Notes: a model not told the origin generated them from the letters alone. A stretch of 64,000 bases of DNA from Carcharhinus amblyrhynchos (GCA_965287045.1 OZ336871.1:66588001-66652000); one strand, 5' to 3'. Counted from the stretch's first letter, positions 23,936 to 37,900 are shown. A program made the numbers and translations.

Positions 23936-24549
23936 CTACTATTGACTGTTGTACATCCCCATCAAAAGTGAAGTCAACCTCCAACTGATATGTTTGGGAA
24001 AACCATCTAACGAAAACAATATGTTTCATATTTACCATATTCCAATATTGTGACATAATTGAGTAAAGCAATATTTGGAAGTCCCTAACAGTAAGTTCAG
24101 AAAAGTATTTTTCTCCTCCATGTGGATCTATTTTATTAATGTCATTTTCCTTTGATATTCATTGAAGATTATGGGCCTCTTTACAATAATGTTGCGGAGC
24201 TCATGAATTTTTTTCTACACTATGCTTATTAACTGAGGTTTCAAGACCTGCGTTTGCTTTCGTTGGTAAAATGAAACATCTCTGTACCTTACTTGTGGAC
24301 TCAAAGGTAACTCTTTTAGCGGATATCTATCTGATCATCAGGTTTAATCAAATACATCATTCCTTTTTAACGTGGGATAATGTACCCACATGTACCAATT
24401 CAACTGATATCACAGCTGCATTATCTTATCCTACTGAATTTGTTTTACCATCTTTTATCATTTATTTTTGAAGCAAAATAAAGCCTGTGGTACAGCATCG
24501 TAATACATAATAGTGTTGCCTGAATGATTTATCAATTGAATTGCCAGTG

Positions 24550-25805
24550 ATCACAACAACCAGAGCGTCTTTAAAGTAGGAAAGTGACCGAAGGCGCTTC
24601 ACTGGAAATTTATCAAACAAAATCTGACACTGAAACCACATGAGGAATATTACGGCAGAAGAGGTGGACAAGTTTAGGGAGAGATTTTCAGAGCTTGGTA
24701 GTTGAAGGATATCTGCCAATAGTGGACAATTAAAACCAGGGATGCTGAATAGGCCAAAATCAATGGAGCACAGATAAGTCAGAGTTTTTCAGGTTGAAGT
24801 GTCTTTCAAAAACATGCAGACAGATATAAGTCTGTGGAGAGATTTGAGAATTCTAAAACGGAGGCCTTGCTTCACCTGAAGTCAGTGTAATTCAGACAGC
24901 ACAGGTGTAATGACTGAACTGGTTCTCAGATCCAAATGCTAGAATTCCCTCCCTGACCACCTGCTCTTTTGAAGGGTGTACTTGGATGACCTCAAGTTTA
25001 TGGAGAGTAAAATGTGGAAGATCATCCAAGAAAGCATTGGAACAATCAAATCTAGAGGGTAAAAAGGTATTGATAAGATATTCTGAGACGGGGCTGATCA
25101 GGACCTTGCTATGAGCGTAAAAGAAGGTGACTTTAGTGATGGTATTGGTATGTGATTGGAAACTAATCTCCAAGTCAAACATACTGCCAACATTGCATAC
25201 AGTCCAGTTTAGATTTTCAGCGAGAGTGATAGAGGCAGTGGTTAAGAAACAGAGTTTATGGCAGGTCCAAAATCAGTGGGGACGATTCTCCCAGCCCAAG
25301 ATTAAGGCGGGCTAAGGGGGCAGGAGTGGCAGGGTCGGGACTGGCGCAGACATGTCCAGGAGGCCAGCGGTCAGATGGTGGGGTGGTCGCACAGCCAGAA
25401 ATGTGTGATCGTGAGACTGGCTAGTGATTGAGCTGTCCAGTGCTTGGGAGGCTGGCAGTGTGAGGCTACTGCGTATGTGCTGATCTCGGCATTGACAGTT
25501 CGGTGCAAGCGCAGTAGCCTGCTCAATGCTACACTGCCAGCTTCTCCAGCGGGAATAGGCCCCGGTCGCTGATTTTTAGCATGATTCACTGTTAAGGCAC
25601 TTTTTGATATGCAGAATGTGGGAAATCCATTTTGAAATCCTGCTGAAAAACTCCAGTTTTTACGTGAATTCAATGCTGGGAATTTTTCTGGGAGAATCTC
25701 AACCCAGTGGCTTCAGTCTTCCTGATGTTTAGTTGGAGGAAATTTCTGCTCACTCAGCACTCAGTGTCAAATAACTAGTGGAAGTGTCAGCAGTGAGGTT
25801 GCTGG
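24550..25805 (-). mobile_element. L2 LINE 3' portion, interrupted by a MITE
   Basis: ORF 24892-25182(-) FDLEISFQSH..TITKVTFF...LINTFLPSRFDCSNAFLDDLP..TLHKLEVIQ matches the L2 C-terminal motif; L2 sequence resumes after 25708. Confidence 0.85.
25278..25705. mobile_element. Harbinger-type MITE nested in L2
   Basis: TIRs GGGGACGATTCTCCCAG / CTGGGAGAATCTCAACCC; AGT duplicated at 25275-25277 and 25706-25708; right end homologous to 29330-29472. Confidence 0.8.
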
Positions 25806-26329
25806 GTGTCTACAGTGTATAGGGGGCCAGGGAGAGAAATCACAGGTCCCACAGCTTCTCCTGTCCCCTGGCCTTCAGTTGTATCCTTGCAACAGAACGT
25901 TTAAAGAGGCCAGAGAAGAAAGGCTGAATGGTTCATAACTCTATCGTTTCATGATCAACAAGTCTGAAGACTCTGCCGATTGCTCCTCCTCACTACAATA
26001 TATTTCCAGTATCTACTATGCAACACAAATTTAGCACAATATTTCAGAACCTCAAAAAACTCATTAAAAAAACAATAAAGTGGGATAATGGGCAAGTCGG
26101 CAAAATGACAAGATTGAAGTCAATGGAAAAGACTCTTGAGAATCACATGTGATATAAAACAATACGCTCTCCTGTCCTGTCAATCTCACTGCCCGCACAC
26201 AGTAAACTTCCATTAGCATCAAAATAAACAGAACTCCAGCCACGATTGCACTCCTGTTCACAAGATAATTATGGTCGGCGATGACTGTTGAGACTAGTTC
26301 ATCTCTTCCATCCCAGAATGACATCTGAG

Positions 26330-26500
26330 CATATGTATTAGGAGCAGGAGTAGGCCACTCGGCTCCTCGAGCCTGCTCTGCCACTTGATGTCATTGCTTA
26401 CAATACAGTACACCAATGACTACAACTCAAAAATGTTTAATTGGCTGTAAAGTAATTTGGGACATTATGAAAGGTGCTGTACAAATGTTGGTTTAACCTT
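26330..26500. mobile_element. Short CR1 3' fragment (-) followed by DeuSINE/L2 tail (+)
   Basis: AGGAGCAGGAGTAGGCCACTCGGC... then AATTGGCTGTAAAGTAATTTGGGACAT..GAAAGGTGCT. Confidence 0.65.
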
Positions 26501-27614
26501 TCTTACATTACACCTGCATGCAGTAGGCAGAGTGACTATTGCAATAGTGACGTTGGAGATTCAATGCTGATTCTCTAATTATAATTAATCTCACAGCAAT
26601 CAACTGATGTTAGGGAAATGGTTACAAAGAAATCACTACATTTAGAAAACAATTCAAATCTGTAGTTAACCTTCCCCTAATGCCTCTCTCTGAACACTCT
26701 CAACCCCATCTCAAGCTCCCTCCATCCCTGCAATGTACTCCTAATCACTCCATCATCCCAACCCACCTACATCCCTTCCAACCTTCCCTCCAAACTCTGC
26801 TCCAATCACAACCCCCAGCCCTTCCTCCAACCTTCCAGCCAACCTCATCGCTCCAAACTACCCCTCAAATCCTCTCCCCCACTCACCCAACAACGCAATT
26901 GAATTCTGATTGGTTGTAAAATTACAAGAAGTTGATGAACCATTTTTCAAGCAGGAACACTCTCAGTTACTGCTGCTGCTTTTCACCATCAGACAGATTC
27001 ATGGTTTCTTGGAGGGCTTTTCAAAAGACAAGTCATTATTGCAGAATTGCCCGAAACAGCAGCAACAAATGGTGAAATTGCCCTGATATTGACAGGCCAG
27101 TTCAACAAATATCTGTCAGCCTAACAGATTTGGTATTTTAGGTTTACAGCTCTGCCTGCTCAATGTGGACAATGAGAAACTGACACACTGAGCCTGGACT
27201 TGGGCCCTCCCACCCTCAGCTTCAGGGCTCTGGTGTTTAGCACCATCTGCAACCCCGGGCCCTGAATGCTAATGAGGATTATATTGCCAAGGTGCAAGAT
27301 CTGGAACAGAAATAGGAAAGAGTCAAAGATAGATCATTGGGGGACAGCAGAGTTAACAGTGCAGAAGCAAGGGGAGAATCAAAGAATGATCAGTCACCAC
27401 ACTTAGTTAAATAAGAAAAATACTTGAACAATCTAACTTTATATTTACTTGGGTTTACAATGAATTTTAAATGCAATGTTCATGAGAAAAATATATTGGC
27501 AGTTCATGACTGACTCATTTGTTGATTTAAAGATAAAACTTAGGCCTTCTGTAGATGGTGAGTGTCAGTGATCATGGTCAAGTCGCCTGCGTGAACAGAA
27601 TGAAAACTGGACAA

Positions 27615-27810
27615 GAGATGTGATATTCCGGCTCTTCATGCTGGTGAGATCTTCTGGTCCTGTCAATGGCACACCCCCACTGCGGGTTTCCTGGGGTAGA
27701 ATCTATGGGAAACTCCATTGACAACGGCAGGACCAGAAGACCCAAACACCAGCAAATGGCACGCTTCCTCCCACGGCCGGGAGAAATGCAAGCAGAGAGG
27801 CCGGGGGTCT
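27615..27810. mobile_element. Harbinger-type MITE
   Basis: Internal arms TCTTCTGGTCCTG / CAGGACCAGAAGA; TCAAT.GGAAA.CCATTGAC core shared with 59320-59476. Confidence 0.6.
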
Positions 27811-27869
27811 TTTACAATGCTCAAGAATCAACCTCAACAAATGGTGCAAATGGAGATGTATACAAAGCT

Positions 27870-28190
27870 TTATTTTTTCACGGGTGTGGGGCGCAGGTTA
27901 GGCCAGCATTAACTGCCCATCCAGAATTGCCCTTGAGAAGATGATGGTGAGTCACCTTCTTGAACTGCTGCAATGTGGTGTACAGACACCCACACTACTG
28001 TTAGGAGGAACTTTATCCAGTAACACTGAAGGACAGGGAAGTGGGGTTCCAATCCATCAGCTGCCTTTACACTTCAAAGTGTCAAAGGAGCCTTGGTATG
28101 TTCCTGCAGTGCAACTTGTAGATGGTACACACTGCTGCCACTGTGTTGGAAGTGAAGCCAGTGAATGTTTAAGCTGGTGAATGTGTCCTG
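27870..28190 (-). mobile_element. CR1-group LINE 3' end (same family as 10990-12402)
   Basis: Reverse complement of the CTTCTCAAGGGCAATT..GGATGGGCA...ATGCTGGCC tail. Confidence 0.8.
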
Positions 28191-28213
28191 GATGCTCCTA
28201 AATTAAAGCTAAC

Positions 28214-29473
28214 GGAAGTGATTCTCCCACCCTACTTTGCTGATATTTTAGTGTAGCAAGCTGGGAGATTCTAGTGGCTCCCAATTCATGAGATCTGCGC
28301 TGGGCATCCAGGCCTGAGCCCGTCTCCCAGTTCCAGATTATTGGCGTCATCAGCTGGTCTCCCGGACATGTTCCAGCCAGCTTCAACTTGGCCAGGCCTG
28401 AGACTGAATTCTCCAGGCCTGTTACCAACAAACCACGACCACTCCCCCCCCCCCCCCCCCCCCCGCCCCCCCCGGAGTATTTCACTCCAGCAGGTTTACA
28501 GTAGCTCCCCATTTGACGGCCTGATCCCACACCGGAGTGAAGTGGAGGTAATTGAGGCCCTCCAGAGTGTTGGGCACGGGGGTGGGGTGCCCTCTGGGCA
28601 TTGGCACCTTGGCAATGCCAGCCGGAGCCTCATGACACTGCCCAAGGGGCAAAGTGCAAATGCCCAGGGGGCACGTTGACACAGCACAGTGGGCACAGGG
28701 CAGTGCTGAAGGGGAGGGACTTGATGGGAGCAGTTAGAACATAGAACATAGAACACTACAGCACAAACAGGCCCTTCGGCCCACGAGTTGTGCCGATCAC
28801 ATCAACACCTACCAATCCATAGACTTATCTATAACCCCCAATCCCACTAAATCCCATATACTCATCCAGAAGTCTTTTAAAAGACCCCAGCGAGATTGCC
28901 TCCACCACCACTGGTGTGGTTGGGGGCTCCCGCTGCCATTCTGTAGTTGGAATCAATGGGGGAGGGTGGGAGGCCAGCGGCTGGAGCTGGCAATACAAGC
29001 GGGGGAGTGTGCAACCTGCTGGAAGGGTCGTGGTTGTGGGGGAGGGCTCCCACTATGTGAGGGGGGGTGCAGGGTGCGGGGGACAGTAGTGGGAAGTGGG
29101 GGTGAGAGAGGGATGACGCTGGCTGGACATGTCGGGGAAACTGGCAATCAGGCCGTGGGAAGAGGGTCGGCGACGCAGAGGTTACTAGGTTGGCCAGCAA
29201 TCAGGAGGCTGGCAGACGGGGGCCACTGCACATACACCAATCTCAGAGCTGACAGATTGGTGCACAGGCAATGGCCTGTTTAGTGCTATGCTGTCGGCCT
29301 CTGCAGTGGGGAAGGAACCGGCCCCTGATTTTCAGTGTGATTCACGTGGAGGCACTCTGCAGTGCACAGAGTATCGGAGATTCATTCCGAAACTCCTGCT
29401 GACAAAAACAGCGTGATTTACTCCAGTTTTCACATGAATTTGACACTTTTGAATATTTTTGGGAGAATTGCGC
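28214..29473. mobile_element. Harbinger-type non-autonomous element (about 1.25 kb) with nested CR1 tail
   Basis: GTGATTCTCCCA ... TGGGAGAATTGCGC TIRs; GC-rich interior with poly-C at about 28444-28473; CR1 3' piece at 28735-28915. Confidence 0.75.
28735..28915 (-). mobile_element. CR1 3' end with (TAGAACA)n tail
   Basis: TAGAACATAGAACATAGAACACTACAGCACAAACAGGCCCTTCGGCCC. Confidence 0.85.
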
Positions 29474-30859
29474 TCACTAACTTTGCGAGAAGGATGTTAG
29501 AAGAAAATGGAGGTCATTATAAAAACCATAAATATTATCTGCAAGAAAATAAATTAAGAAATTAACATGAATTTAATGTTCATCTTTTTCTCAAAATCTT
29601 TCAGCACATTAACAACTGAATTCGGAGCAAAATATTTTATGTCCATTAGTATATGAAAATTATCTCTTTGGTAATATAGTGTAGCAAGAATTTTTTTCTT
29701 TGTTTTATAAAACTGACTTTGTTTTGTCTTACGTCAACTTTTGATGTTCTAAGAGAAGAAAGATTATTGCCAGAGTTGTCGTACTTCAAATAAAGTATTA
29801 AACAAATATGTCACATTTCAAATAAAACATTCAGCCCTCTTAAATGGATGTAAAAAATTGAATGATTCTATTCAAAGAAAAGTAGGGAGGTTATTCTGGT
29901 GCCTTGGTTAACCAACACCATTAAAATTAGTTAATTGACCATTTGTCTTATTCCTATTTGCAGGCATATTGACTGTCATTTATCCCTACATAACAACAGT
30001 AAGAACATTTTCAAGTATATCATTGCTGCGAAGACAAGAAGACACTATATAAATGTAAGCTTTCTTTTTTCATTAAATGTGATATATAATTTTCTTAACA
30101 TGAAGCCATCTTTGATCAATAGGGATGTGTGTTCTTATTAATGTTGTAAAAGAACTGAGTTATACTAAAAAAAACATAATTAAGTGAATGAAGGTGCATA
30201 AGATTTTTTTATGCCATAAATATATGTTGATAGGATAACAGTATTTAATGCTCTTAATCCACTGATGCAGAATGCTGGAGGTTTAAATCAATGCCAGAGT
30301 GGAAAAGCAACAGGGACAGAATCGGTAAGATTGATCCTGACCAAAGCTGCCCCACCACAGCTGAAAGCTTTACTTCAGTAATGTCTCTGTTCATCAACTA
30401 AATCAATGCAAAACAACCTTTCAATAGCATCCAATTATCAGTTTACAGTGCAGCAAGTCATCCTTCGTAAATCAGGAAACTTTAAATGTCGAAACAGACA
30501 GAGACAAGATAAAAGTTAATAGAAATGCAAATAATGTCCTTAATACAGCACTAAAAACCATTCCTGAAAATGTGCGTTGTTTAAGACTTATGACTGCAAC
30601 AGCTTAAAAGCTGCATTTATGACTATTTCATTTACTTCACTGGCTTTTGCCTGACCTTTAATTGCACATAGATCAAAGGCACAAAGACGATGAGAGACAC
30701 ATTTAAGGAGTTGTGTGTTCGAAGGACAGTGCATTAATAAAATGCACCAAATCCAGTGGGCTAGATCGCCACTTACGATATTAGAATTTAAACCAATACA
30801 ATAGATGAATTCAAGTGCCAGTAGATTTCATATACTTGTATGCCTGATAATTAGTAACA

Positions 30860-33545
30860 CACAGAACTGTTACAGTGCAGAAGGCCATTTGGCCAATCAT
30901 GTCTGCATTGGCTCTCTGGATGAGTAATTTACTCAGTGCTATTCTCCCACCTTCACCACACCCTTGGGCTGCGCATTCTAGACCTTTTCACTCACCATGA
31001 AAAAGATTTTCCTCATCTTGCTTTTGCTTCTTTCATCAATTATTACAATCTGCATGCTCACATCTCAAGCCATTCACAAATGGGAAAAATAATTCTCTCT
31101 TTCTACCCTTTCCAAACCCCTCATGATGTTGAATACCTCTTTCAATCTCCTCTCAGCCCTCTTTTTTGCAAGGAAAACAGCCCTAGCTTCTCTAATCCAT
31201 CTACATAACTGAAGTTCTTCAAGATTTACACAAATCTGTTCTGCATTTTCTCTCATGTTTTCACACCCTTCCCAAAGTGAAATGCCCAGAACTGGACTCT
31301 GTACTCCAGCTAAGAAGGAACTGGTGAACTAGACAAGTTCAACAAAACCAAATTGTGCCCTCATTGGTGGAAAATCAAGGGTCCCAATATTGACCCTTGG
31401 GATCTCCACTCCGACCTTCCTCAAGACAGAATAACATTCATTCAGCACAATTCTGTTTCCTGCCACTTAGCAATGCTTTATCCATGATGCTATTGTCTCT
31501 TTCATACTTATACTTTCAACTTGGCTTTCAATTGTATTTTCAATCTGATATCTGCCATAAGCACATTTTTTGTTGTTTATCTTAATTTCTAATCCTTTTG
31601 TCATCCAGGGACCTCTAGATTTGTTTCCCCTACCTTTCCATTTCAAGGAAATATACTTGACTATGCCCAAAAAAACATTGGGAGTGATTTTCCTGCCTTG
31701 CCTCCCCTTTCGCAGACCGCATTGATCATGGAAAATTGTGTGCAGGCCTAAAGATGGATTTGCATCCAATGCCAAACAGTCTGCAATTGCCCTGGTCTCT
31801 TTCTACTGGTGCAAACTATAGCATTTAGTAGTACTTAAATATGCATAGCCAGTTCAGTACTGGATTCTCCCAGCTCCTGGGGTCTTCTGACCCATGAGCT
31901 TGGCATGAGCTGGTGAGAACCACTATTGGTCTCCACTAGTGGAGAAGTGATGGTCACACTAGGAGTCTTAGAGGCCATCGAAGATCCTAGGTAGTCAGGG
32001 ACATGGCTGAGCAGTGTCTATTTGGCAGAGCCCATCTGGCACACTGGCAATGCCCACCTGGAACATTGGCAGTTCCAGGTGGGCACTGCCAGTGTGCTGG
32101 GGCAGCGCCAAAGGGTCGGGATCTGAGTATGGGCTACGATGGGGGTGCTATGATGGGGAGGCTATGACGGGGAGCCATGATGTAGGGCTATCACAGGAGC
32201 TATCTCTATAAGGGGGAGACATAAAGGGCTGGGGTGTGAAAGGCGCATGTTGCGGCTCATGAAGGGGGCATGTCAGGGGTTATGAAGTGGACCCATTGGG
32301 AGGACCTCAATACGCAGTTGCTGGCAATCCATTTCAGGGAGGGGTGGGGAAACATGCCACTAATGAAAGAGGGTGTCCTGATGTGGTGGGAGGGAAGGAG
32401 TACCCCAGTGCACTGTGTGATCAGGGTGCCTTTTAAAATGGTGCCAAGTCACTTTGCAGCCGGGTTCACCGACGTGTTTTGACCTCGCCTCTTCCAGAAC
32501 TGGTGCACAACTCAAAATTCTCCCAGAAATGATTAAGTGTGGGACAATTGCAATCCAGTCTATAAAGGACAGACTGGTGTGGATTGCTCTGGTTTTCTTG
32601 CCTTTATGACAGTTTTTGGGAAAACAGCAGCCCTCATCTTTAAAGCCATTTGTCCAGCGATTGTTTTTCCTGCTAACCTTTGACTCCAGATCTGTTCTTA
32701 TTGCAGTTGGCTTTCCCCCCATTAATCATTCTTATTTTGGATTGTTTTCTGCCCTTTCACATAGTGCAGCCTAAATCTTACAACACAATGATCACTGTCC
32801 CTTAAATGTTCCCTCGCTGACAATTGGTGATCCACTTGGCCCACCTTATTCCCAAGATCCAGCTCTAGAAATGCCTCTTTCCACACCAGATTGGAAACAC
32901 ACTGCTGTAGACAATTTTCCAGAACACACACTAGGACTCTAGCCCTTTACATGAGTAGATAACAGGCTTATTCAGATAATTAAAGTCCCTATTATACTTA
33001 CCTTATCATTTTTCTCCCTTTCTGTAATTTCCTTATAATTGTGTTCCTCTACATCTATCCCACTAGTGGCCTATAGGCTATACGAGCAATGTAATTGCAC
33101 TCAGTTTGTTCCTTAACTCTAGCCAAATAGATTTGGTCTTTGACCCCTCTGGGACATCCTGTTTCTGCAGAATAGCAACAATCTCCTTCATTAATATAGC
33201 CACCCTTACCCCTCTTCTTCCTTTCCTTTCTTTCATGAATGTTTTGTGTCCAGGAATATTTAACATCCAAGTCCTGCCCTTCTTTGAGTCAGTTCTCATT
33301 AATGGCCACAATATCATATTTCCACAAGGCAATCTGTGAACCAACCATCTTATTTACCATGCCCTGTGCATTCATATACATGGACAGTAACCCTGATTTA
33401 GGTTTTATTACTTTCTTCATCACCTTGACTCTGCCTATTAACTTGCTATTCCTTCTTCTAGCGCTTTCTATCTCTCCCAGTATTCCCTGCATCTTGCAGA
33501 TGTTATCTCTTGCTCCCCGAACCCTTGCCAGGTTAATTTAAGCTT
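30860..33545 (-). mobile_element. CR1 LINE, deleted (APE domain plus 3' end), interrupted by Harbinger-type element
   Basis: YMNAQGMVNK...KYDIVAINEN; LNIPGHKTF.KER.GRRG..VAILMKE...SIWLELRN; LDLGNKVGQV...HLRDSDH; 3' tail at about 30860-30920. Confidence 0.85.
31680..32524. mobile_element. Harbinger-type non-autonomous element nested in CR1
   Basis: TIRs GGGAGTGATTTT / AAAATTCTCCC; homologous to 12848-13270. Confidence 0.8.
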
Positions 33546-33887
33546 TCCCCAATAATAACCTAAAATGTTAGAGCCACAAGTTTTAGCGTTCCATTAGTTA
33601 CCTTTTTGGGGTGCTGATCTAAAATCTTGTGAATCAGAGGCCTCCAAAATCCTGCTATTCTTCTATATCACTCTGCCTTTCCTCATTCAAAGTGGAATTG
33701 CTATTTTTTTTAAATGTGCCATCCTATTTTAATGACTTTGAATTCTATTCGCCACTTTTGGCTCATTCTGCCAGTTAGCCAATATTCTTTTACAGCTTCC
33801 TTTGTTGTAATCCAGGTTAGAAATTCCCAACTGTTTATGAAGTCCGCTTGGATCATAAGTTTTGCACTTTGAATTTGGCGAGAGTAA

Positions 33888-34471
33888 TGTTTCACCTCAG
33901 GAATGATTCAGCTGACCCAATAGGGAGCTTTTATCAAACAAAGTTTATTTAAGAACACAGTTAACACATAGCAATGAAGCTTACCAATTACAAACAAGAA
34001 AAAAATCATGATATTGTATAAACTTTAATAACTAAATGAAATGTTCGACCAAACAAACCTCTTTATAAATACAACACTGCCACAGGTTTAAGAAGAAAAC
34101 GAGTCTGCTCACATGATGCTGTTGGATTCTACAGTTTTCGTACACACAGACAAGCTTGAAGTCAGAATATTTACCAAAACACCAAGGAGAGAGGGATAAA
34201 CAGTCATCCAGCCTGAAGTTGAACACCTCATAACCAAAACTGAAAGTGAATCCTTGGATTCCTCTGTGCACGAACAACCTGACCTTAACTTGTCAATCAA
34301 TCTTCCCACAACACTTCAGTAAACAAAACTCAATTTAAACCATTTAAGCACCAGTAAAAGGGCATCTAAGCAGGCAGCCAGTGCCACAATGAAAAGAAAA
34401 AGCTGGCTTACAAACTGCAGAGGACGTGATTTAAAAAAAAATACATTTCTTAAAGGTACAGTGGTATCACA
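33888..34471 (-). mobile_element. Probable solo LTR (Gypsy-like)
   Basis: About 580 bp bounded by TG...CA; minus strand starts TGTGATACCACTGTACCTTTAAGAAATG and has AATAAA near its end; no TSD seen. Confidence 0.4.
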
Positions 34472-34599
34472 CCTTTGGCAAGCAGAATGATTGATGAAGC
34501 CTCCTAGTTAAGTATTGTCTGCAAATTTGAACACTACTCCCTTAATATCTACATCTAACTAATTGATAAGCATATAAACAGTGCACATTCCTATGGGAC

Positions 34600-34722
34600 A
34601 CCAAAATAAAAACAGAAAATGCTGGAAATATTCAGCAGTTTGGGCAAACATTTGTGGAGAGGGAAATTGAAGCAAATTCTATGTTAATGATCATGCACCA
34701 GAATGACAAAACTGAGAGACAT
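34600..34722 (-). mobile_element. Penelope-like terminal repeat fragment
   Basis: AAAAACAGAAAATGCTGGAAATATTCAGCAG...ATTTGTGGAGAG. Confidence 0.65.
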
Positions 34723-34732
34723 AATCGGTGGG

Positions 34733-34948
34733 ATTTTCCTTTCCTAAAGGACATTAGTGAACCAAATGGATTTTTCCATCTATCGATAAGGTTTCAAGGT
34801 CATCAGTAGGTTCTTAATTCCAGATTTTTTAAATTGAATTCAAATTCCACCATCTGCCATGGTGGGATTCAAACCCGGGTCCCCAGAACGTTAGCTACGT
34901 TTCTGGATTAGTAGTCTAGTGATAATACCACTAGGCCATTACCTTCCC
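34733..34948 (-). mobile_element. tRNA-derived SINE, 5' part (LINE-partner family)
   Basis: Minus strand TGGCCTAGTGG (A box) ... CCCGGGTTTGAATCCC (B box) then GGAATTTGAATTCAA...GGTTCACTAATGTCCTTTAGG. Confidence 0.85.
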
Positions 34949-37900
34949 GTAATGGTCCACAATGGTGCCTTCCAACCAATTTTTAATCCAATTTTCTGTT
35001 CCTTGCCTAAACCTATACAGTATCTGATTCCCTTTTCTACTGTGCCACCTCAAGGCACCATTCCATAGTCAGCTTTGCAGCAGGTCTGCATGACAGTAGG
35101 CTCCATTTCACCATTATACTCACTGCATGCGCGAACCCACTGATGCATGGTCACCACTCATGTCCTGACAGAAGGCGACATAGCTTTACATTTGCCCCCT
35201 GTTGTTCCCTTAGGTTTCCTTATGACATTCCCCAGTGAACCAGTGCCAGCAGGTGCTGTCAACCATGCTCCTGATCATTGTTAGATGGCCTCATTCTTGC
35301 AGTAATGCCTTCCCACATCCTCGCCTTTCAGGATTACTGCAAATTACATGAAACACAAGAGCAACTGTACCAAGAAGACACATTAAACACGTATACTTCT
35401 GCACTGAGTAATTCCATAAAATCAATTCACTTTTAATATCTTGCTGACTACAATTCTTTCATTGTGTTTGAAAGAAAGCATCTATTGTTCAAAGGGCAAG
35501 CAAAATGGCACACTCATGCTTCCTACAGGAGCCCTTAGATATCATTCAGGCATAAAAACTCTGGCTGATATTCTTTCTTTAGCCTGGTCATTGAGGCTAA
35601 TTTCAGTACCTCTACTGCAGCACAGCAAATGAGATTAATAGAATAAAGTAAATCGTAAAGTGAGTTCTACATGGTCCACAATGTGAATCGACTTGATGAG
35701 CAGAATACACTTTCATTTTATTCCCCCCCCCCATTTAGTTGCTCTTTACTTGAGGTGAGACGTATTTTACCACTCTCCCATTTATGTACAGCAATGTTCA
35801 TTTTCAAACTAAAGGTGGATCCATTAGCAAATTAATGAATTTTAAACAAGGAAGTAAAGTATTATGCTGGTCATTGAAGTAATATGAAAAGCATGTGAAT
35901 TGTGAATCCAGTGATGGAGTGTATACTGTAATACTATCTGATCCGAGGAGGAAGTTAGAAAGGCTTGCTTTAGTCATAGAATTATTTCATAGAATGGTTC
36001 CAGTTTAAAATGTTGTCCCAGTTTTTGGAACAACAAAATAAGGAATTAACAAGAATTCATCAAGTAGGATGGACTAAATTAAGTCCAAACATAGCAATTT
36101 ATATTAATATGTCATGTATTGACATACTATGAAGTTTCTGCTGACAAAGACCTATATATAAATATTTACTTGCATGAGAACTGACAGTAAAACATTACAT
36201 ACTAATAATTTAGAGCATCAACTAGCAACAATATACAAATTATTTTTTTATTTTACCTTGGTTAAAGCCCATCCCTGGCAAAATTAACCTGCACCTGAAC
36301 TTGCCTTGCCTCACCTATTCTAGTTTTTCTGTCTTTGACATTCCCTTCAGTCTCATTTGCCACATAAATGTATCCATTCACATGTGCCAGCTCACCGCCT
36401 AATATTAGGTTAATATTCTGACTATTTCAATCCTGCGTTCATCTTTTTTCTTAAATATTCCCCTGTCTGGCTTTAAATCTTCCCTTTTGCTTTATAGCCC
36501 AACAAGAAAAGAAATGCCTGTCAACTGCCCTCAAAGGACTTCTTTTTGACTCACGTTCTGTACTGACTGTCCATCTCCATCGATCTACTTCACAACTGTC
36601 TTGCCTCGAACGTTTAATAGAGTGATCAGCAAGCATTGTATAAAAACAATCATCACAACCATCAGTACAAGTTTACCACATGATCTCAAATGTCTGATCT
36701 GCAGATGAGGTTGCAAGATATGTCCAGCCTTGCTGTCCATTAATAGATCAGGTTTGACCTCTTCAAATAGTACTGGCAAAATTTATCTTTGCTACCAAAA
36801 TATATTGAAAATCTTTCTGAGGCAGAAGTATTCAAGCTACCCTCACAAAGTGATCCAAACATCTAAAATGTTGCTTAAGCACTGCAAGTGTCCACACTAT
36901 GAATTTCCTGCTGCCTGAATAGTTACATGAATATAATCAATGTACTCAAAACTAATCATCATACTAGAAAAAATAGTTTCTGCTGCACCTTGATGCTGAA
37001 ATTTATGCAAGTGTTTATGTCATGGAATAATGTACCCGCCAGCTCTTTAACAAAGCAATACGTGGCAAGCTAGCTGATATCAAAATTGTCTTCTATGAAT
37101 CCTACAGCTTAACAGTTGAGAACTCGTGATCTTACTGCCTCTAGGAGTACAGTGCAATTGGTAAAGGGGCAGCTGGTCTGGTTCTATCAATGTTAGAGAT
37201 CAGATTCATCCACCCTCCGAAGCCAAAGTCCTCTGTGAGACAAGAGCACACAATGCTTTGATACAAACACCCTATAAAATATTGCTGGTCTGCCTTACCT
37301 GGCCTCCTGTGTGCTTTATCCCACTTCCCCTCAAATCTACTAATTGGACTTACGTACCTTCATACAGAAAAGAGGACTTCATCTATAGTTCTGTGGCCAT
37401 TTCTTTTCTCTGATGCACTTACTGTCTCTCTTGACTGTTGCATTTAAGACTTCTATCATGCATTGCACATACAATTTGTTCAGAAAATCCAAAGCTGTAG
37501 GATTTTACATTATGCATTGTTAATAGTGTGCAACAATGCATCAACAGGTTTAACATGTCACAGTCCAAGTGTGTATGAACTATATCAGATTACATAAGGA
37601 GGAAATTTCAGAGAAGAACTGGAAGTTAGAACAAAGTTCATATATCACTGCATGCAAGTATTCAACTTGGTCAGGGCATAGAGGTAACAATTGGAAGAAG
37701 TTCTGTGTCAAGTTTCAAAGTCTCTCATATACATTGCCAATGGAGTGCAATTTAATGTGAAAGCTTTTTCCATTCACCAAAACAGTAAAATTTAAACTAT
37801 GCAGCTTTATTCTTTGGAGTTTACCACTCTTCAACTAATTCTAATATTTGTGGTACTATCAAATATATTAACAGTATCCAATATAGTTTTTTACCTTATA

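Noticed and set aside
26675-26890. Pro/Gln-rich 79-aa ORF
   Set aside because: C-rich low-complexity DNA with no splice signals
37140-37400. Faint resemblance to LF-SINE (AGAGGACTTCA)
   Set aside because: Only a short match; I could not extend the alignment by eye
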